DNA of 63,911 nucleotides, counting the filler, from Stramenopiles sp. TOSAG23-6 (lineage: Eukaryota): NCBI GenBank assembly GCA_900128565.1. It is 3 parts of 3 records of this genome, joined end to end, with 100 filler letters (N's around TTAATTAATTAA, not from the genome) between each part and the next. Parts side by side here need not be neighbours in the genome. Positions count along the whole stretch, not along the records: positions 1 to 24,425 come from LT636004.1; 2 more parts are not named here. One strand, written 5' to 3'. The notes under the pieces were generated by a model, which saw nothing but the letters and a program-made list of their open reading frames with translations, was not told the DNA's origin and searched no databases. Below are positions 10,301 through 21,600 of this stretch, in pieces (positions within the stretch are counted from its first letter, which is position 1; every line of letters begins with the position of its first letter). A program made the translations under genes and the position numbers.

Positions 10301-11836
10301 TATATCATTTATCTTTGAAAGGCCATCTCTATCTCTTGTGCGATTTATTGCAGCAGAAATCGATGTTCTTTGAAGTTCGTTCGAACGTTTTTCACTTACG
10401 AAATTAACTACGGATTGTAAATCCTTTACACCTGTCAAGAACAATCCTGTCTTTTTTGTGCTCTCCAAGTTCCATTCACATAGCAATACTAATATTTTTT
10501 TAAGAGTGTCGATTGGCAAACGGAATTGATTTTTATTCTCAAGTTTTTCAATTGAATTTTCTGAATTATTTTCTGAATGAAAATGTATACACAGCGATGA
10601 AAATAATAATGATATACGAATTGCAGTATCCAATGCAAAACGCGTGAGTCGCGTTGGTTTTCTTTTTTCATTGCAACCCTCAAAAACAGCACTATCATTA
10701 CATGCACATGTAATATGAAGAAATATTTCAAAACTTTGAAATTTGTCAGACACAAAAAAATACTTTAAACTTTGCAATTTGTCAGACACAAAAAAATATT
10801 TCAAAACTTTGAAATTTGTCAGACACAAAACCTTTGTAATTCTACGAGTCTGTCGGAAAAAGAATAAAAAAATAAAAGTTGAAAGGAATGATGAAAACGT
10901 ACATGAAATGAGTGCGTTGCATAAATTCATTAGCATATTCTTCAATGTTTTTCTACGTTTTAAATTTTCACTTTCTGTCCCAACAGTCGACTTTGAATTA
11001 TTTATTTCGTGTTCTAACCGAACAGGGTTAGGGTTATTTACCTTTGTTGTTTCTATTCTCGCAGAATGATGTGATTTAATCCCAAGATCTTCAAATGTTA
11101 CCGAGAGTACTTCCCGCTTTGAATTGGCGTCTATGTGTTCGTCCGATTCAATCAGAGATAATAAATCACCAAGCAAAAGTATATAGATTAGTTTTTCACT
11201 CCGATTTGAGCTAGAAAGTACTTGTTGAAAATACAGAGCACTGGGTAACAAATTACATCCAATACTAGTATTTTGATGACGTCCTCGTAAAATAAATAAC
11301 CATTGGAAGATAAATAACAGACGTGAACGTTCGGCGTCACCAATATTATTTGATTTTATACTTGAAGTCCTTTCACATCTGGCTCTACCATTTTGACGCT
11401 TCCACAAAAAAAACCACCGATGAACTAAAGGCTCCATGATTGTCCTAAAAACATGAGTATCTGTAGATTTAGATATACATGATGTAATCATATGAATTGC
11501 ATGACATAGGGTCTTACTTGATTTATAGGGTGTGTTCTTCTCACGATGTAGCGATGACGTCGAACGTAAAAAAGTATTCTCATCCAGATGGGTCAAATTT
11601 GCTCGCGCAGCGACTTCTTTGCCTCCAAGAAGGGCTTTCACGTGGCGAGTGGCTTTTTCAGAATCATCATTACATCCTGAAATCAATAATCTTGAAACAT
11701 TTGCATATTTACTTGATGGAGAAAATTGCCCTGATTCTGAAGAGTAAATAGAACGTAAAATTTCCCCACGAGATTTGGTAGCAGCAGCATCCAAAAGTAG
11801 TGTCAAAGATTGGCCTAAAGAGAGATCTACAGACAT
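7361..11836 (-). CDS. large HEAT/ARM-repeat protein with an inserted SH3/KOW-like module; one in-frame intron at 10708-10902
   Basis: HEAT motifs (LGDEKAKIRTEAAKLLGRF, VRRQSAEVLARF, IEDSFENIRLEGLKLLG). An aberrant F-rich repeated stretch corresponds to the intron. Confidence 0.8.
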   Translation of the reverse strand: MSVDLSLGQSLTLLLDAAATKSRGEILRSIYSSESGQFSPSSKYANVSRLLISGCNDDSEKATRHVKALLGGKEVAARANLTHLDENTFLRSTSSLHREKNTPYKSSKTLCHAIHMITSCISKSTDTHVFRTIMEPLVHRWFFLWKRQNGRARCERTSSIKSNNIGDAERSRLLFIFQWLFILRGRHQNTSIGCNLLPSALYFQQVLSSSNRSEKLIYILLLGDLLSLIESDEHIDANSKREVLSVTFEDLGIKSHHSARIETTKVNNPNPVRLEHEINNSKSTVGTESENLKRRKTLKNMLMNLCNALISCTFSSFLSTFIFLFFFRQTRRITKVLCLTNFKVLKYFFVSDKLQSLKYFFVSDKFQSFEIFLHITCACNDSAVFEGCNEKRKPTRLTRFALDTAIRISLLFSSLCIHFHSENNSENSIEKLENKNQFRLPIDTLKKILVLLCEWNLESTKKTGLFLTGVKDLQSVVNFVSEKRSNELQRTSISAAINRTRDRDGLSKINDIKDESILDYELWLCKQWLTCAPSLISSHGRFLYSKTAIARDSINNWVNVEIITYDQVRTLLRLAILYTGKLKLKERISLLSDQNLSHSIIRAAVEHMNSRICGPIPKLVASLLQETITALLSLNGGEEKFDEVLEVLFTLLDDNDNIEEDIWNKHSMSEAGIKMVCYFAIQDPLKSIPALISRLMKSSSLTRWNALAVVDELITTSSLQLRNTILDENCLLFILGEHLLICLGDEKAKIRTEAAKLLGRFDASWIIPQLCQRIENKQTKIRSAASSSLLQVLQHLRNPKDVMCILMSYIRNTSQIDSQQLKLGDMVLLQNLSALHLNGRRGYIISSLLENGRFKIRLMNEKRQEKIVKNIAVKKENLRVIVNNSENTTKKVDTEEKISLCDRLIKILSRWASVINHSQWMCVGTVIINEAMIFPRDHTIIRILRILGERIQCRLQKIYFEKHNTNDILDEHYYTDSIWSLVLIPMETELHTSKDMTESLHTSKELPSNYSLDNEHTQEILFRRLNQVLILKSFPVFEFVHLCDRTRVEKQNCIPQRLIQVLIQSVTASQEFESVRRQSAEVLARFPPKVLHPILFSKLRTISNELQQFVRSEKNPRKCSSIVISAKTMLYCLCTSIMIYSSVHENIRDVVTKCNGDICKGGFEVVLQILQSSFLHCTSLEIPDDIYKLQQGCIDTMACILRISIDIGEGVTNIVNDDNTEESRPHKFQLRLPNDSANVLKQHMYNRPLISEVKQIPSPDSRFSNGHIGATILSICLELIEKGETKLPIIQFSKECNDIVSYLTNGTSDISKRVKTYTISLKSYEVSERVRICLVNSLLTVMKMLKKHQMHLFGVLCINSIIHTVYKTKIPTTKDDSPGRVNTVTTSPLIREAVIRLLFTIAYHSKKIVKHYSNELFSIAYSAIEDSFENIRLEGLKLLGILLTTVELQNLLKESRSGALGQIIALLRNIRTSDCSPDTKKLSENLLGLIH
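10708..10902 (-). other. non-canonical intron GT...AT (195 nt, stop-free, multiple of 3)
   Basis: TCAT|GTACGTTTTCATC...GAAATATTTCTTCATATTACAT|GTGCA; contains 3 internal ~37-nt repeats carrying CTGAC. Confidence 0.8.
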
Positions 11837-12188
11837 ATTCCCATCAATTCCAAGTGCAACCTTACAATACAAATAGCAATACTATGCGTGGTGCATTTGG
11901 TCACACATATACATGTCGTAATTGATGATTACTATTTGTATTCAAGAGATTATTACTACAGTCGTTATAATAAGACTGAAGTGTATTCACCACTCAAGTT
12001 TATTTTTCTGTCATGACTCAGCTCAGACTTTTTTTTTCGCGCCTTTTCGAACAGGTTTGTCACGCTTTTCCGTTGCCGACCGTTTCAAAAAGTTCATCAT
12101 GGACTATCAGATTTTCATACCCACATCAATTTGATAATCATAAAATGATTTATTAGCCCAAAAACTCAACAATTGATCAACACTTACA

Positions 12189-14162
12189 ATGAGCGAAATG
12201 ATGAAAATATCAACTATATCTCGAGCAGATGGTCTATCTCGAGCACGCATGCGTGCAATGGAACGACGTAAGAAAAGACGGGAAATGAAGAAGAAGAAAG
12301 ATGAAGAGCTCAAGTCAATAGAAAAAACATTAGGTATTGAAGACAATAAAGATACCGTCGATGATAGCGATATTCTTGCAAGAAATATGCAGGCCGAACT
12401 ACAAGCGTTACAGAAGCTTTCGGCTCGAGATTTTACTATGGGTGAGCGTGTCAAGGTCAACAACTGTAAACTAGGAACGTTTGGTGAAGTCTGTGCAAAG
12501 ACTTCAACGAAAGTAAAAATAAAGTTTGAGGATCCCAATCGACCAGGTAGATTCAAGAGTAAATGGATTTCAAAGATTGACATAGTCGACTTTCAAGCAA
12601 TCACATCAAACTTTATGAGCAAATGGAAATCTGGTGCAAAAGACCGAGCCAAAGAAAAGGAGAGGCTAGCCCGGCTTGCTGCACAGAGAGAAGAAGAAAG
12701 ACGGATAGCAGCTCTGCGTAAAGCTGAGTTAGACGCGTTTCTTTTAGCTCAAAAAAAAAAGGACGAAAAAATTCCCTTCTATATCCTTCGGGGGCGGCTG
12801 AAAAAAGCGGCAAGATGTGCAGCATTATCTAGTATGATAAATCGTTATAAAATAAAAGAGAAAACTTCTGAAGACACGTCACTAAAAGACAGAGAAGCGA
12901 GAGAGAGAATTCGACGGCAGCGGCAAATGGCAGCTGCAAAGATCCAAAGCCGCGCTCGGGGTCGCCAAGCAAGAAGTCAAATGCGACAGAGACAGCTTTC
13001 TGCACGAAAGCTTCAAGCGCATTACCGTGGTTATTGGAATAGAAGAATATTTAAGAGTACACTGTTTGTCTCAAAAAAACTACAATCTGTGTGGCGTGGT
13101 CGACGTTGGCGGATTCGCCTCTGGGCACTCATAAATTTTGCCTCCTTGATTCAGAAAAGAATTCGAGGCTATGTTGTACGGCGAAGAGAACGAATGCGCC
13201 AAGAGATGGCACGTCGTGTAATGGTTCATATGATTCAGGAACTAGAAGCTAAACATGGTGTAAACATTCATAATGACCTCGCCGCAATTCGAAGAATAGC
13301 AAACGAGGCCCGACGTTTAGTTGCTGTATTCTACACAAACGATCCGGAAGGATTGCCCGAAGACGATGAGGTCTCTTTTTTTTCTGAGTCATTTAAAGTT
13401 CCGCGAATAAGAGGAACAAAGCCATTTAAAGGCCGCTTGAGCTATAAGCAGTGGCGTCTTCTTTGCTCTGATCTTATCTTGCCATGGAAAAATAAAACAC
13501 CAGAGCAGTATAGCTATATATGGAGAAAGCAATTACGTGATGGAAAAATTGATGAAACAAGTAAAAATAGAAAGGGTTCGCCACGTTTGAAGAAACGAGC
13601 ATCATATAGTCCATTTAAAAATGGTACACCTGGTAATTGGAAGCACAAGTCGCGAGTTGCAGCGTGGCAACTTGAAGATGAGAATTCAATGACACGCCCC
13701 AAAACATCCGCAAGATTTACTATTCGAAGGGTCTCCCCGATGCCAGTAAAATCTGAAGAAGGTTACTTTTATGCACCATTTCGAATAGTTGATCGAAAAG
13801 AGTTTTTTTCAACATATAGGCCACCAACATATCGACCTCGAATACAAAATAGACAGTATCCTAATAGCCGCATGAAACCTCAAACTTCACCAGCATTTAG
13901 TGGAAATAATAGTAAAACAATGTTTTATACGACTCGTCCTGGTACAGCGAAACGACGAAGTTCTACATCACGTAAGTTAAAAAGAGGCACTTCGTTAATG
14001 TTTTTGAAGTTGCCACGGTCACAAAATGCTTCAAATAATCGGATAGTTCCAGAGCTAGAATTAAAGTGTAAGCTCAAAAACAACAGAAATTTCCGCGAAT
14101 CTATCAAAAATAAAAGGAGACAAAAACATAGTGGCAACAATAAAATAGATTTGGAACTTTGA
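12189..14162 (+). CDS. IQ calmodulin-binding motif protein with coiled coils
   Basis: Tandem IQ motifs: AAKIQSRARGRQAR, LQAHYRGYWNR, LQSVWRGRRWR, IQKRIRGYVVR. Confidence 0.85.
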   Translation: MSEMMKISTISRADGLSRARMRAMERRKKRREMKKKKDEELKSIEKTLGIEDNKDTVDDSDILARNMQAELQALQKLSARDFTMGERVKVNNCKLGTFGEVCAKTSTKVKIKFEDPNRPGRFKSKWISKIDIVDFQAITSNFMSKWKSGAKDRAKEKERLARLAAQREEERRIAALRKAELDAFLLAQKKKDEKIPFYILRGRLKKAARCAALSSMINRYKIKEKTSEDTSLKDREARERIRRQRQMAAAKIQSRARGRQARSQMRQRQLSARKLQAHYRGYWNRRIFKSTLFVSKKLQSVWRGRRWRIRLWALINFASLIQKRIRGYVVRRRERMRQEMARRVMVHMIQELEAKHGVNIHNDLAAIRRIANEARRLVAVFYTNDPEGLPEDDEVSFFSESFKVPRIRGTKPFKGRLSYKQWRLLCSDLILPWKNKTPEQYSYIWRKQLRDGKIDETSKNRKGSPRLKKRASYSPFKNGTPGNWKHKSRVAAWQLEDENSMTRPKTSARFTIRRVSPMPVKSEEGYFYAPFRIVDRKEFFSTYRPPTYRPRIQNRQYPNSRMKPQTSPAFSGNNSKTMFYTTRPGTAKRRSSTSRKLKRGTSLMFLKLPRSQNASNNRIVPELELKCKLKNNRNFRESIKNKRRQKHSGNNKIDLEL

Positions 14163-14583
14163 AAAAGGTGCTGTCCTGAATATAAACAAAAAAGAAAAGT
14201 ACAAGGAAAAGAATCTGGTGACCAAAAAAAAATCCTGATTTTGGAGTAAAGCACGACAAAAAAAACTACATGAAATCTCACGAAATACTTGATACTGAAT
14301 ATGAGATTTGTGTTGGATATTACATTTTGATTATACTTCACTTAACGATACTTTAAATTTGAGTTAATAAAAGAATCTGATACATTCTGAAATTTTGTTG
14401 TTACCCGGTAATCTTTGTGTTACCCGGTAACTTTTAGGATTCTCGCGGCAAACGTTGCATCAAAAGAGATCAAAAACGTCGGTTGGAGCGAGTGTGAGAA
14501 CACTTTCTTCTCTAAGTAGTATATAACGTATATTACATTCTTTTCATTTCCCTGATTTTGTCAAAGGTAAATAAATAAACATC

Positions 14584-17298
14584 ATGACAATAATTCACGG
14601 AGTTTCCGTAATCATACTCTTTCTGAGTTGTGTTCCGAATGCATATTCGTATACGCAACACTCAGCAGTACTTGATGTTATGAATGGTTTGGCAGAAAAC
14701 AAATACATCTGCCTAACGGCTGTAGAAGGTTTTGGTGCGGACGTTCCGGTAAAAGACAAGGCAACGGAGACACAACTTGTCGGAAAGACGAGTCAAAGAT
14801 GGGGGCCTAACGGCACTATTGACAGTAAACTTTGTACAAAGGACATCGACTCGGTTGCTGTAGATTCGGATGTGAACGGTAAAATTATGCTTGTCGATCG
14901 AGGTGGTTGTTTTTTTTCAGAGAAGGCACACGTTGCTCAAAAACTTGGCGCAGCAGCCATGATAATCGTAAACAATGTCGCGAATCCACTAAGGATGAAA
15001 TCTGAAGTAGCTCATGATATCAAAATACCTCTATGTTCCATTGGAAGTGAAGATGGAGAAAAAATTCGGCAGAGTTTAACCGACACCACGGGACCTAAAG
15101 CAAAGCTATACCATCAGGGCCAGATTACTCTTGATGATATCACACACCAAAAAGCAGGTGATAAGCTTACAATTAAGTGGAAGACCCAAGGCATTGAAAA
15201 TGAAGGTAACCTGAAAGTAAATATTTTACTTTTACAGGGAAGAATATCATTGGCTGATGATTTTATTGTCAAAAGATCAATTGCGAAGGATATCCCACTA
15301 ACTTCAAAAAATGGCACAAATTGTGGAGAATTCTATTGTGTTGATTATTCTATACCAAAGGATATTACTGCAGACAAAAACTACACCGTTCAAATATATG
15401 TAAGTGATGATCGATCGATAATGCATGGCTCTCCGTACTATTTTGCTATTGATAATGACTCTGATTTCCAAATATTCATCAAAAGTCCAAACGGACCAGT
15501 TAACTGGAAAAATAATGATGAAGTAACCGTGACTTGGGAATTTCAAACGGAACAAGATACAAAAAACGATGACTCAAAATTCAGCATCTTGTTGAGGCGC
15601 GGGAAATGCACAGATCGAAGTGCTTGTAATGCAGAAAAGATGTTTTATTCAGAACATAAAATGATTACTTTAGCATCAGGTCTCTCACCTAACACGGACC
15701 AATCTGAACCCAAAAATGATAAAAAAGTATACAAACAATCGTATAAATTAAGGCTGAGAGATGCGCTAAGTGGTAGTGGAACACAAGAGTTAGAAGCAAG
15801 TAACTGGTACGAATTACAAATTAAAAACAAACATGCTACAGCAACAAGTTGGTTTTTTATTACTGTTGACGGCAGTATTACCTTAATTAGCGACTTTTCA
15901 AACCTGCCACTTGCTTCTCCTGTAAGGGACGGTCATTCTATTATGCTCGAATGGCGCTACACGGGATATATTTCAGCGTTTAATGTGAATTTAATGACAG
16001 AGACTGGCGTGTCAAAACAACTAATTGGTAATGTGTCACACTCGGAATACTGTTCCATCGACCACCTCAAATGTCGAATGAGATGGACAGTTGACTCATT
16101 TGTTGTTTCAGGTACCACTCCATACTTCATTGAAGTTTCTTCTGCTATGGATGCTACTATATATACTAAACTCCAGGAAAACTTTTTTTATGTGCATGAC
16201 AAAGTCGGTAAGTATTGCACAAGTCAGCATGTTGTTGACAAATCTTGTGAAAACTGTCCAGCTGGTAAAGCGCCTGGACTGGCACTAAATGATAAATCAG
16301 GTCCAGATACACCTTGTGTTGATGCAGCTAAAGCTCCTAAACCGGCACCGTTTCCAACAGGTGCAGGGGGTGTACATTTTGCTCTGGAAGCGGCAAATCG
16401 TGAAAAAAATGGCGCTACCTGCAGACCGCCTAACCCAGATTGTGGTTTCCTCCATGCACAAAATTGCCTTGATGCGTTTCTCAATAAAGGCAAGAAAAAA
16501 TGTGACTGGTCGGAAGATCCATCGAAATACTTACACGGTGTTATGTGTGGACAGTATGCAAGCTGCTTCTTTGACGGATGTAATTCGACAGAGGCTCGAA
16601 GAAAATTTACGTTAGATTGGATGGCAGATGATCAATGTTGGACTGACCACTGTACTGATGGTATTTGCTGTAGTGAGTCTACTTGTAACAATCGTGGTAA
16701 GTGTGTAAAGCAGAATATTAATGGAAATAATGTATACAAATGTCTATGTGCTGCTGGAAGTGAAGGCCCAAATTGTGATGGTACAATGGTACCTGTACCA
16801 ACTCAAAAGGCACCTCCTAATGCCGATGACGGTTCGAGCGGAAATTCTGGTAATGTTGGTGGTGTCATTGTTGTTGTTATCCTCTTTCTTATCATTGTTT
16901 CTGTTTCAGTTTGGAAAAAAGATCAAATTTGTCGGGCCTCTACTGCTTTGAAAAATCTCAACAGAACAACAACCGTTGGTGTTGGTCACTATGGAGATGG
17001 CCCAGGTTTTGATGGTGTTGAAATGCAGATGAAACCAGGTGGGGTGGCAATGCCTGGACTTGATGCAAACAATGATTTCCCAGATGGAAGTGAGACGAGA
17101 ACGAACCACTTTCAGGGTCAAGGTAAACAGTATTATGAAGATAATGATATTGTTGATACAGTTGTTAACCTTGATCAAGATTCTGCATACTTGGATTTCG
17201 ATACAAGCAACGGGGCTGCAATATCAGATAGTCCTCGCCGAGGTGCTAATGTAGTCGGTGTATCAAACAACCATCATGACAATCATGTAGCAGTGTAG
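14584..17298 (+). CDS. type I membrane protein: signal peptide, PA domain, Ig-like (Kre9/KNH-like) repeats, EGF domain, TM
   Basis: GKIMLVDRGGCFFSEKAHVAQKLGAAAMIIVNN (PA domain); AGDKLTIKW and EVTVTW repeats; CNNRGKC...CLCAAGSEGPNC (EGF); TM VIVVVILFLIIVSVSVW. Confidence 0.85.
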   Translation: MTIIHGVSVIILFLSCVPNAYSYTQHSAVLDVMNGLAENKYICLTAVEGFGADVPVKDKATETQLVGKTSQRWGPNGTIDSKLCTKDIDSVAVDSDVNGKIMLVDRGGCFFSEKAHVAQKLGAAAMIIVNNVANPLRMKSEVAHDIKIPLCSIGSEDGEKIRQSLTDTTGPKAKLYHQGQITLDDITHQKAGDKLTIKWKTQGIENEGNLKVNILLLQGRISLADDFIVKRSIAKDIPLTSKNGTNCGEFYCVDYSIPKDITADKNYTVQIYVSDDRSIMHGSPYYFAIDNDSDFQIFIKSPNGPVNWKNNDEVTVTWEFQTEQDTKNDDSKFSILLRRGKCTDRSACNAEKMFYSEHKMITLASGLSPNTDQSEPKNDKKVYKQSYKLRLRDALSGSGTQELEASNWYELQIKNKHATATSWFFITVDGSITLISDFSNLPLASPVRDGHSIMLEWRYTGYISAFNVNLMTETGVSKQLIGNVSHSEYCSIDHLKCRMRWTVDSFVVSGTTPYFIEVSSAMDATIYTKLQENFFYVHDKVGKYCTSQHVVDKSCENCPAGKAPGLALNDKSGPDTPCVDAAKAPKPAPFPTGAGGVHFALEAANREKNGATCRPPNPDCGFLHAQNCLDAFLNKGKKKCDWSEDPSKYLHGVMCGQYASCFFDGCNSTEARRKFTLDWMADDQCWTDHCTDGICCSESTCNNRGKCVKQNINGNNVYKCLCAAGSEGPNCDGTMVPVPTQKAPPNADDGSSGNSGNVGGVIVVVILFLIIVSVSVWKKDQICRASTALKNLNRTTTVGVGHYGDGPGFDGVEMQMKPGGVAMPGLDANNDFPDGSETRTNHFQGQGKQYYEDNDIVDTVVNLDQDSAYLDFDTSNGAAISDSPRRGANVVGVSNNHHDNHVAV

Positions 17299-17528
17299 TC
17301 GCACAAATTAACACCGTTGTCATTTCCCGTTTTTCAATTAAAATTAAAAATTAATACTGCAATAAAATCACACTATTCTCAAATATTTATTAAATTTTTC
17401 CTTTAACCCTAACCTACTATAGTCGCTAAATTAGATCGATCCGTGGTCAACATTACCAATGATGTGACATAACATGAAATCGTCTCCTAATTTTTAAGGA
17501 AAAGTCGGAAAAACTGCTGCTCTATGAA

Positions 17529-18602
17529 ATGACTGCACCATCTACTTCGCGATTATCTGTTCGGCCTATACCAGTATCTACGTCAACAATATTTGATGGA
17601 GTTGTTACTCGGCAGTGGAAATTTCAATTAGGTGAAAGCTCGTTATCAGAAACTGCGTGGCATATTGTAGGCATTAGGCATTCAACATTGTCAGGTTTTA
17701 GATATGCTCTTTTAAATGGAAAAGAGATATACGATTCTGATGGTACAGTGAATATGTATACTTTGAGGGGTCTCACATATGGTCGCGATTCGCTTATATT
17801 AAATATTGGTGGATCTGAGGTGATATTGTCAATCTCAAAGCCAAAAAATAGAACTCTTTATGAGTATACTTGTACAATAGATGGCCAGGCAATTCCAGAA
17901 ATGAATTCTAGGGATGAAGATTCCATTATCTGTAGTAAAAGCTATGATATTGTAATCGATCATGCTGAAGTACAGTTAGTTAAGGAGGAACCTGTTGTTT
18001 TCTTCGTTATCCGTGTGAAAGATGGTAGCGATGAGAAAATATTACGACGTCGCTTCAAAGAATTTTACGATCTTAATTTTGACTTATCTTCAGTCTTGAA
18101 AGGAGTGAACACTACAACTCTCCCGTATTTTCCACCTCGGTCTTGGAAACGTGTTCGTGATCATTTTGATCATACTTTTATTGAAAATAGAAGAAAACAA
18201 TTAGAATTGTATGTCCGATATCTTGCCTTGATTCCACGTGTCACTTCGGACCCCTCATTTTTATTATTCTTTGATTTGTATAATGTACCAAATGTGACTT
18301 ATAACATTGTATTTAATGAAAAACATGGTGGTATATTTGGACATCCTGCAAAAAAACCTTGGTATACAAAATTAAGCGAAATGTTTTCTACTGATTCACA
18401 AAATACTACGAAGATAAATAACAAAAACAGTAATAATCAAAATACTTCTGATGGTGTAATCGATACTAATACTATTAGTACAAATATTGATGATACTAAT
18501 ACTACTAGTACAAATACTGATGAATCCCAATCAAATTCAGTAACATCTAAAGAACTGAAAGATTCGAAGTCAATTCATTTTGTCGAGTCGAAAGATTTAT
18601 AA
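17529..18602 (+). CDS. FAIM1-like domain plus PX domain protein
   Basis: WKFQLG...HIVGIRHSTLSGFRYALLNGKEI...YEYTCTIDG (FAIM-like); RRFKEFYDL...LPYFPPR...FIENRRKQLELY (PX). Confidence 0.8.
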   Translation: MTAPSTSRLSVRPIPVSTSTIFDGVVTRQWKFQLGESSLSETAWHIVGIRHSTLSGFRYALLNGKEIYDSDGTVNMYTLRGLTYGRDSLILNIGGSEVILSISKPKNRTLYEYTCTIDGQAIPEMNSRDEDSIICSKSYDIVIDHAEVQLVKEEPVVFFVIRVKDGSDEKILRRRFKEFYDLNFDLSSVLKGVNTTTLPYFPPRSWKRVRDHFDHTFIENRRKQLELYVRYLALIPRVTSDPSFLLFFDLYNVPNVTYNIVFNEKHGGIFGHPAKKPWYTKLSEMFSTDSQNTTKINNKNSNNQNTSDGVIDTNTISTNIDDTNTTSTNTDESQSNSVTSKELKDSKSIHFVESKDL

Positions 18603-18675
18603 ACTTGTTTAATTTTCAAATCTTAATTTATAGGTCATTTATTTTACATTGTGTTTAATTTGCAAATCTTAAAAT

Positions 18676-21600
18676 TTATAGGTCATTTATTTCAGATTGT
18701 AGTGCAACTAACTTCTTCCGTGTAGCACGGGATCTTTGAATTGCAGCAATCCTGGTCACAGCTGAATGATCATCGAAATTTGCTGATCCTAGGATATCAC
18801 CAATATTCGTTGCTGCAAATGTACACTTTATAGTGTTGAAATTGATTACATCTGCAATTTGTTGTTGTACATTTTGACATTCCATATACGTAATATCTAC
18901 TCCATCGATGGCGATCAATTCGTCACCGGGGCGAACACCCCTCTGAGAAAGCAAACAATCCAACCCTCCATCTAAATGTTTAACAACTGTGCCCCCAGTA
19001 CCAGAGTCTTCAAGTGGTGCTAAATCTAATCCTAATGTCACTGGGCCCAACTCAATAGTGCATTCTCGCAAAAACTGCCGACGTCCTTTAAATGTACCAC
19101 CTGGGTACATTAGAGAAATTGTTCGACTACGACCACTTGATGTCTTTCTATCTACAAATTGAATTGCATCTTTATGAATCATACCTCCAATACCAATACC
19201 ATCAATAGCTACTAACCACATACCCACTTCAATTCTATCATCTAGTGAAAGTACAGTTTTGGATCCAAAAGAAAGTAAACAAATACCAGTACGTTTTTCA
19301 ACGCCATATTCATTTTTATGTGGCCCAAGTTTCCAATCCACAGCTCCCGGGGGAAGTCTCACTGAAATAATTTCGATTGGGTTATCTCTTCGCAATGCTC
19401 GTTTCTCAATTTCTCGCTTCTTTTTTGCTTCCGCTATCCTTTTGCTGCGACGCACTTGGTGTAAATCCCACGCTTCTTCAATGACTTGTACCAAAGAATA
19501 TCTTGCGCATGCTAATGAAATATCCACCGTATCAAGCCACACTAATTCAAATATTTTTTCAACCACATAGTTAACTGCAATTTTCCGTGTTAGGATATTT
19601 TCAGCAATACGATGCTTCCTACCCCGCCACCATGCTTGCATACCAATCAATGAATGCATAATATTATTACGTGCTTTTCTAGCTAGATAGCCTCTTCCAA
19701 TTTTATTTATTTTCTCGGCAAGTTCGCTAGCTTGCTTTACTCTCCAATTGCTCCAGGTTCCACTGGGCATTCCTTGAAGCATTGGTAAATTCTCAAATGT
19801 AGTTCCACGAAAAGGCTGAGGATGAGCGCCATATGTATGCTGGTGTTTTCGCTTGGTAAAACCAAAACTTATAGTAGATGCACGCTGGAAGACTTTTCGT
19901 GCAGCTTTAACATTTTTCTTTTGCATATAAATATATTGCTGGCGCAAAAGGACTTCGTGTAACATTGTCTCCCACTCAATCGTATTGGACATATTACTCG
20001 GTAAGCGACCCAATGCGGATTCAAAACTTAGGAAATCTTTCATTGCTTTGTCCCATTGATTACGCTTTGACAATAAGATGCCATGGTAATATAAAATCTT
20101 TGTGCGAATAATCGACATATTTACCTTTTCTTTTTCAAGTATAACCTGTGCATCATGTTTGTTCGTTTCTGATAGCATTGACCAACGTTTTACTCGCTCT
20201 ATCTCTTTCCGGATACCCTCACGAATCATGATACGCTCTCGGTCTTCTTCCATCTGTTGTTTTATTATTTTCTCTATTCTAGCCTGGACTACAAAATAGT
20301 CTTCATCATCAGAAAAGGTATCGTCCTCAGTTTCTTCTTCACTAGTACTTGGCTGAATAATGTCACCAAATGCGTCATATTTTACTGGTGCATTTTTTCG
20401 CCGTTCTTCTCTTTCTTTGAGTCGCTGTTGATTGCGTTCTTCACGACGTTTCTCGTGTCTTGCAGCTCTATCCTTATCATCTATGGCTTTCAACTCAGAC
20501 ATTCTTTCTTCGTAGGTTTTTTCTACGACTTGTGGTTTCGCATCATTTCTGGATAGAATATGATCACATCCTTTTGCGATTTCTAAAAATTTTTTATCTG
20601 TACTATGTACACTATTAAACTCTTTCGTTAATTCTGGTATAGACATTCGGCGCAGTTGCATAAGCATTTCAAGACTGTTCTCTTGATCTGCTGTCCAACC
20701 TGGTGCGGGTTCATCGATACTTTCAAGAGATCGTTTTGTTGTCGGTCGTGAAATTGATACATCTTTACTGTGTGCTGTACTGGGCCTTGAACTAACTTTA
20801 GATGCAGCTGTTGTTGGACGAGAATTGAGCATCAGCAGTTCTTCGCGCGTCAAGCTAGTATCAATTTCCTCTTCTTTATCCTCAACTTTAAGACTTTTCT
20901 CTTGTTGTTCTTCTTTAGGCTCGGTGAGCTCCAGTAATTCTTCAAATTGCTGAAAAGCACGAGAATTTATTCCCATTTCATAAGTGGTTAGAGCCCTCTG
21001 ATATAATATTTCATAGTTAAGAGGATCTTTTTCATTTAGAAAGTTCCAGTCACTTAAGCTATCTCTATATCGACCTATTTGGTGAAATAATCGACCTCGT
21101 AAATAATATGGAGGAAGGTAATCTGGTTTAATCTTGATGATTTCATTGGCATCCACGAGTGCCTCATACGGTTTATTTAATTTCTCTAATAGAAGGCCTT
21201 TGTAATAGAAAACCTGGGGTTCACGATATTCTGCCTCCATTGCAACATTGAAATCTTTCTCGGCTGACGTGAGCCTTTCTTGATCACTCATTTTTTTACT
21301 TTCGTTTTGTTTTAACCCATCCCAAAAGTAGTAGCAGATTCCCCGGAGAAAGTATAACTCCCCCATTGTGGCATTTTCAAATGAAAGATTTCTAAGAGCT
21401 ATTGTAAACATTTCGATTGCCTTTCCAAAACACTTTTGTTTTAAATAAACTCGACCTTGGCTAGACATGACTTCTGATTCAGTCTCTGTAGTTTCCTTTG
21501 CGTCTTGTGAGAATGTATTGTTGCCAGTCATATCACAGAAAGCCCAATTACGAAGTGTTTTGAAAGAAATTGGTGCAGATCGAAGCTGGTTATGTGCGAG

